Below are positions 58,399 to 62,021 of a stretch of 62,021 nt of DNA, piece by piece. Location of the stretch: positions 1 through 62,021 of the IMG/VR virus record IMGVR_UViG_3300012665_000376; one strand, given 5' to 3'. The first letter of the stretch is position 1. The number at the start of each line of letters is the position of its first letter. The notes under the pieces are model-generated. The model saw nothing but the letters and a program-made list of their open reading frames with translations, ran no database searches and was not told where the DNA came from. Source of the DNA: a virus (Duplodnaviria > Caudoviricetes). Both the position numbers and the translations under genes were made by a program.

Positions 58399-58863
58399 AT
58401 CAGCGGGGAAACGTCCTCAAAGGCAAAATATCCACTTTATGTGGGGGTAAAGAGAACACCCTAAATTCTCCCTGTCCCGAAAGAGGGGCATTGCAAGGCA
58501 AGTATACTGAACGCACGGATTGGCTCAGTAAGTAGAACGCCCCACATAGCACCATTACGCTAGGCACTTGGATGAGCAGTTTATCGCTCCAGTGTATAAA
58601 CCTCCCGACCTGATACATACGATGGTCGACTGCGGTAGTCAGCTAGGTTAAACCCGATGCCCCCGCGATATGTGAGCCTCTACTTGCATCCCTAATTGAC
58701 GGAAGGTTAAAAGTTCTGCGCGGTAGAGGGAAGATTTTATGCAAGGTTCTGTGGACTGAACCTGCCCGTCAGCAAAGGCGGTTACAAAAACGCCACTCAT
58801 TCAAGGCTTATGAATACGGCTAGGCAATGGATTGCCAGTGCGGTTCGATTCCGCACCTAGTCG
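58399..58863 (+). ncRNA. large structured non-coding RNA or 5' leader (unidentified)
   Basis: GC-enriched, no + strand ORF, more than 10 nested stems, a pseudoknot and a 3' tRNA-like element. Confidence 0.7.
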
Positions 58864-58882
58864 CTAACTTAAACACACACAA

Positions 58883-59122
58883 ATGAAAGCAACAAAAATT
58901 ACAAGATATTCGCAAGGCGAATACATTGCTGATGTAGAGAATTTAGGGCAAATGTGGGGATTTGATAGATACGAAATTACATTCTATCTAGACAATTGGT
59001 GCGACTTAAAGCTAACTACTAGTATGATTGTAGAGACTACAGAATATTCGTCTGTTACGAATCACATCAAGCAATACTTTAACGAACAAAAAGAAATTAA
59101 ATCAACTATCCTTTCGGTGTAG
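58883..59122 (+). CDS. hypothetical early protein
   Basis: 79 aa; ACACACACAA leader. Confidence 0.7.
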   Translation: MKATKITRYSQGEYIADVENLGQMWGFDRYEITFYLDNWCDLKLTTSMIVETTEYSSVTNHIKQYFNEQKEIKSTILSV

Positions 59123-59131
59123 GTAACCGAA
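59108..59131 (+). promoter_or_regulatory. early-gene hairpin/pseudoknot motif, copy 1
   Basis: ATCCTTTCGGTGTAGGTAACCGAA; TCGGT/ACCGA stem; ATG 10 nt downstream. Confidence 0.8.
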
Positions 59132-59140
59132 TCAAATCTT

Positions 59141-59422
59141 ATGAAATTCAATGTATTAGCAGAAGCAATGTTACAAATCAAGGAGTTAGGCTTAGAGGGT
59201 CAATCATTCACGATGAGTCAGAAAGTATATGAGGACAAGAAAGACGAAAAGTATGAGGTTATAATCATCGAGGTAAGATTTGACCCCGAGTTAATGAAGA
59301 AGTTATCCGCTATTAGCAATCACACTAGCTTCTTCCCATCTACCAATGGCAAAGAGCGCTACTTAGGATTCAATACGATGCGCTCTAGCGAGGGCGACAG
59401 ACTTGACTTCCATCTAGTGTAA
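59141..59422 (+). CDS. hypothetical early protein
   Basis: 93 aa; stop codon lies in hammerhead stem I. Confidence 0.7.
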   Translation: MKFNVLAEAMLQIKELGLEGQSFTMSQKVYEDKKDEKYEVIIIEVRFDPELMKKLSAISNHTSFFPSTNGKERYLGFNTMRSSEGDRLDFHLV

Positions 59423-59465
59423 CTGATGAGTCCTAATGGACGAAACCCCTACGGGGGTCTTACAC
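59417..59465 (+). ncRNA. type I hammerhead ribozyme
   Basis: stem I GTGTAA/TTACAC; core CTGATGA; stem II GTCC-TAAT-GGAC; GAAA; stem III CCCC-TACG-GGGG; GTC cleavage triplet (cut after 59459). Confidence 0.95.
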
Positions 59466-59468
59466 ATT

Positions 59469-59491
59469 ATCCTTGCGGTGTAGGTAACCGC
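59469..59491 (+). promoter_or_regulatory. early-gene hairpin/pseudoknot motif, copy 2
   Basis: ATCCTTGCGGTGTAGGTAACCGC; ATG 10 nt downstream. Confidence 0.8.
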
Positions 59492-59501
59492 GACACACAT
59501 T

Positions 59502-59912
59502 ATGAGAAAATTATTTAATCAAGCAATCGAATTGACTCAAGAAGAAGCAATTAACCACCCACGTCGCGAGTATAACGCCCGCATTTGGAAGCAAGAAATC
59601 GAGCGCTATGCCAAATACAACGGCAAGTTCTACGATTTAGGCAAGGGCAAAAGCGAGTATTCTCAAGGCGAAGTAGGAGTTGTATACGAAATCGAGGGCG
59701 TTCGCCAGTTTAGAGTGGTAGAATATTCGGCAAGCCTTAGCGCTTACGATGGTGTAGGTCGGGTATTCGTATCAGAAGATGGCGTTCATTTTGAGAAATT
59801 TAGAAACGCCGATGGCGATGAAGGTTATATATCCTACCGCAAGAATCTACCATTTTTGCGTAGAATGTGCAATAATTTCCCATCTTTTAACGTAGGCTCT
59901 CCTAGCCTTTAA
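59502..59912 (+). CDS. hypothetical early protein
   Basis: 136-aa ORF. Confidence 0.75.
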   Translation: MRKLFNQAIELTQEEAINHPRREYNARIWKQEIERYAKYNGKFYDLGKGKSEYSQGEVGVVYEIEGVRQFRVVEYSASLSAYDGVGRVFVSEDGVHFEKFRNADGDEGYISYRKNLPFLRRMCNNFPSFNVGSPSL

Positions 59913-59916
59913 GACT

Positions 59917-60003
59917 ATGAAATACTTAATCCCATTCTTCTTCGCGCTTGCTATCTATATGGTAGCGAGCGCCTTAATTCAAATCGCTCAAATACTATCC
60001 TAA
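59917..60003 (+). CDS. small hydrophobic peptide (28 aa; not in the ORF track)
   Basis: MKYLIPFFFALAIYMVASALIQIAQILS. Confidence 0.5.
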   Translation: MKYLIPFFFALAIYMVASALIQIAQILS

Positions 60004-60006
60004 TAT

Positions 60007-60129
60007 ATGAATACCTTAAACAAAGTAATCGTCTTCTTCCTAGGGGAGGAGGCGTCACAAGACAAGGGCGAACTAATCACGGCTCTAGCAATCGCAACCT
60101 TATGCGCATTCCTTTTACCATTACTATAA
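60007..60129 (+). CDS. small membrane peptide (40 aa; not in the ORF track)
   Basis: MNTLNKVIVFFLGEEASQDKGELITALAIATLCAFLLPLL. Confidence 0.5.
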   Translation: MNTLNKVIVFFLGEEASQDKGELITALAIATLCAFLLPLL

Positions 60130-60163
60130 TATCCCACTATCAACTTTAACACACACAAATCTT

Positions 60164-61081
60164 ATGGCAACTCAAGCAGAATTAATCGACAATATTAATG
60201 ATACAATTATCGCGGGCTTACAAGCTAAGGGCTTGCAATGGTTCAAGCCTTTCAAGGATAGCACCACCTTACAATGGAACGCTATCAGTTCGTCGGGCAA
60301 ACCATACCGCGGTATTAATCAGTTCATCCTATCAGCTAAGGCTATCGACAAAGGATGGGTTAATAAGTGGTACACCTTTAACCAAGTAAGCAAGCTAGAC
60401 GCTCGCGTTAACAAAGGCGAAAAGTCTACAGACGTTTATCTTTGGAAGGTCAACTTTGCGGTAGAAATTGCGGGCAAAGTTCAATATTTCCCACGCATCG
60501 AAGATATCCCATCGCACCTACAAAAGGGGGCTAAGAAAGCGTTTTACCTACAGACATTCAAGGTGTTTTCAATTTCGCAAACGACTTTGCCCCTAGACAC
60601 TCCCGCGCAACCTATCGAGGTTACAGAATTGGAAGCGGACGCACACGCTGAAGCTATCCTAAAGTCTTGGGCTAAAGAGGTAACATTAAAGCATAGTGGT
60701 CTAGGACGCGCTTACTATTCGCCTAGCGGGGACTACATCCATATGCCCGCTAAGACTACAGACCAATGGAAATCTAACGGGGATTATTACAAGGTATTCT
60801 TTCACGAAGCTATCCATAGCACTGGTCATTCGTCACGCCTTAATCGCCTAGATAAAACGGCAAACTTTGGCTCTAGCGAATACTCTAAGGAAGAATTGGT
60901 AGCAGAACTAGGCGCGCTATATTTAGAGGCTATCACGGGCATTCAGACAATCGTCGACGATGTCAAGAATTCGCAAGCATACATCAACGGATGGATTAGC
61001 AAACTAAAGTCTGACCCTAAGTTGATTATGAGTGCATCTACCAAGGCACACGAAGCAGTAGACTTAATTCTTTCAAAGTAA
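60164..61081 (+). CDS. ardC: ArdC-family antirestriction protein (ssDNA-binding domain plus zincin-like domain)
   Basis: WFKPF...PYRGIN...WYTFNQ...VNKGEK; AYYSP..DYIHMP; HEAIHSTGH..RLNR..YSKEELVAE. Confidence 0.9.
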   Translation: MATQAELIDNINDTIIAGLQAKGLQWFKPFKDSTTLQWNAISSSGKPYRGINQFILSAKAIDKGWVNKWYTFNQVSKLDARVNKGEKSTDVYLWKVNFAVEIAGKVQYFPRIEDIPSHLQKGAKKAFYLQTFKVFSISQTTLPLDTPAQPIEVTELEADAHAEAILKSWAKEVTLKHSGLGRAYYSPSGDYIHMPAKTTDQWKSNGDYYKVFFHEAIHSTGHSSRLNRLDKTANFGSSEYSKEELVAELGALYLEAITGIQTIVDDVKNSQAYINGWISKLKSDPKLIMSASTKAHEAVDLILSK

Positions 61082-61094
61082 TTTCCACTATCAA

Positions 61095-61118
61095 ACCTTG
61101 CGGTGTATAGGTAACCGC
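61095..61118 (+). promoter_or_regulatory. early-gene hairpin/pseudoknot motif, copy 3
   Basis: ACCTTGCGGTGTATAGGTAACCGC; ATG 8 nt downstream. Confidence 0.85.
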
Positions 61119-61126
61119 TCACTATT

Positions 61127-61351
61127 ATGAATAATATCAAAAAATGGTATACTACCGCTTTTGAGTCCGATGAATTGGGCTTAGAAATTAATCCAAATGC
61201 TACCTTTTTAGGTTTGATTGGGAATATTGGAGATGTTTATGAATACGTTGGGGTATCGGACTCTTTAGTAAGAGAAAGGTTATTTGAGCGCGTAGCTGAA
61301 ATAATGGAGTGTACATACGATGAAGTTTATAATCTTTGGATAGAGGCTTAA
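61127..61351 (+). CDS. hypothetical early protein
   Basis: 74 aa; DVYEYVGVSDSLVRERLF. Confidence 0.75.
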   Translation: MNNIKKWYTTAFESDELGLEINPNATFLGLIGNIGDVYEYVGVSDSLVRERLFERVAEIMECTYDEVYNLWIEA

Positions 61352-61363
61352 TTAATAACAATA

Positions 61364-61387
61364 ACCTTGCGGTGTATAGGTAACCGC
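61364..61387 (+). promoter_or_regulatory. early-gene hairpin/pseudoknot motif, copy 4
   Basis: identical 24-mer; ATG 8 nt downstream. Confidence 0.85.
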
Positions 61388-61395
61388 ATAATCTT

Positions 61396-61716
61396 ATGGA
61401 AAATCAATTATTTATATTAAGAACAAAGTATGCAGAAATCATAGAGAAATTTGCGTACGCTGAAGAATTGACTTACTATCATAGCGAATATGACAATGAG
61501 ATAACTATTTATTTCGACAATCTATATCAGATGAGTTTTAAGACTCAAGCATTAATTGATGCAAATGAGCAAGGATATGTTATTCCTTGGAATAAATTCG
61601 ATGACGAGCAAGAGAACATAGAACTTTCGAAGGATTTACCTATGGAAGAATTTAAGAATTGGGTAAGCGAAGAAAGAGAGCGTCAGTATATGATTTACTT
61701 AAACGAAAGAAAATAG
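61396..61716 (+). CDS. hypothetical acidic early protein
   Basis: 106 aa, rich in E/D and aromatic residues. Confidence 0.75.
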   Translation: MENQLFILRTKYAEIIEKFAYAEELTYYHSEYDNEITIYFDNLYQMSFKTQALIDANEQGYVIPWNKFDDEQENIELSKDLPMEEFKNWVSEERERQYMIYLNERK

Positions 61717-61722
61717 CTAATA

Positions 61723-61746
61723 ACCTTGCGGTGTATAGGTAACCGC
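61723..61746 (+). promoter_or_regulatory. early-gene hairpin/pseudoknot motif, copy 5
   Basis: identical 24-mer; ATG at 61756, 9 nt downstream. Confidence 0.85.
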
Positions 61747-61755
61747 ATTAACACT

Positions 61756-61929
61756 ATGAATAATAGATATGTAATCACATTTGGATTTGAAGGAGAAAAC
61801 GGCTTTCAAGTACAAAAATCCAAACCAATCCAAGCTAGTGATGAGCAAGAGGCTTGCCAAATGTTATCTAATCAATTCGAAAATTACGAAGGAATTCCTA
61901 TTGACATCCTTTTAGTAACTAAACAATAA
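61756..61929 (+). CDS. hypothetical early protein
   Basis: ORF 61726..61929; start moved to ATG 61756, downstream of the motif. Confidence 0.7.
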   Translation: MNNRYVITFGFEGENGFQVQKSKPIQASDEQEACQMLSNQFENYEGIPIDILLVTKQ

Positions 61930-61936
61930 TCATTTA

Positions 61937-61960
61937 ACCTTGCGGTGTATAGGTAACCGC
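61937..61960 (+). promoter_or_regulatory. early-gene hairpin/pseudoknot motif, copy 6
   Basis: identical 24-mer; ATG at 61971, 10 nt downstream. Confidence 0.85.
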
Positions 61961-61970
61961 TTACAAACTT

Positions 61971-62021
61971 ATGGAACTTTCAACATTGCATTACGCACAA
62001 AGAAACCTTGACATCATTGCT
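61971..62021 (+). CDS. 5' part of the ORF that continues at position 1
   Basis: ATG follows motif copy 6; open to the end of the window and in frame with 1-87. Confidence 0.7.
   Translation, partial: MELSTLHYAQRNLDIIA

Noticed and set aside
57639-58618. ORFs 57639..57845, 58279..58464 and 58400..58618
   Set aside because: Short, atypical composition, and overlapping promoter, repeat or structured-RNA sequence; probably non-coding
58817-58863. Bona fide tRNA gene
   Set aside because: Only 47 nt, with no anticodon arm; kept as a tRNA-like element
59108-61960. CRISPR-like array, integron attC sites or terminators for the six-copy motif
   Set aside because: Copies are separated by whole genes, lack attC R/L boxes and U-tracts, and no integrase is present
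1-62021. Alternative genetic code, lysogeny module or diversity-generating retroelement
   Set aside because: Long genes are intact under code 11 with all three stop codons in use; no integrase, reverse transcriptase or TR/VR pair seen

Overview
The window looks like a complete, circularly permuted ~62 kb dsDNA podovirus genome infecting Bacteroidota (probably Flavobacteriia/Cytophagia-like). An ORF starting at 61971 runs in frame into position 1. Host inference rests on many TTG-N19-21-TAnnTTTG promoters and on A/C-rich leaders without Shine-Dalgarno sites. The + strand arm (58883 through the junction to 12262) holds many small early genes, ArdC, a replication initiator with internal iterons, DnaB, an exonuclease, an SSB and a RusA-like resolvase. 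The - strand arm (57496 to 12263) holds a tandem GroES, terminase, portal, scaffold, major capsid, tail fibres, lysis genes, a six-gene CsgG/cohesin/beta-barrel envelope module, tail ring and muzzle proteins, ejection proteins including a 2563-aa polyvalent protein, and small basic proteins. I found no DNA polymerase, RNA polymerase, integrase, full tRNA or CRISPR array. The most striking signals are an RNA-rich early region (a ~465-nt structured RNA ending in a tRNA-like element, a textbook type I hammerhead ribozyme, and six copies of a small hairpin/pseudoknot placed 8-10 nt before start codons), a second inverted copy of the origin iterons in the late region, a probable -1 recoding site in the giant ejection protein, and the phage-encoded envelope module. 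All protein calls come from motif recognition and synteny by eye; no database searches were run.
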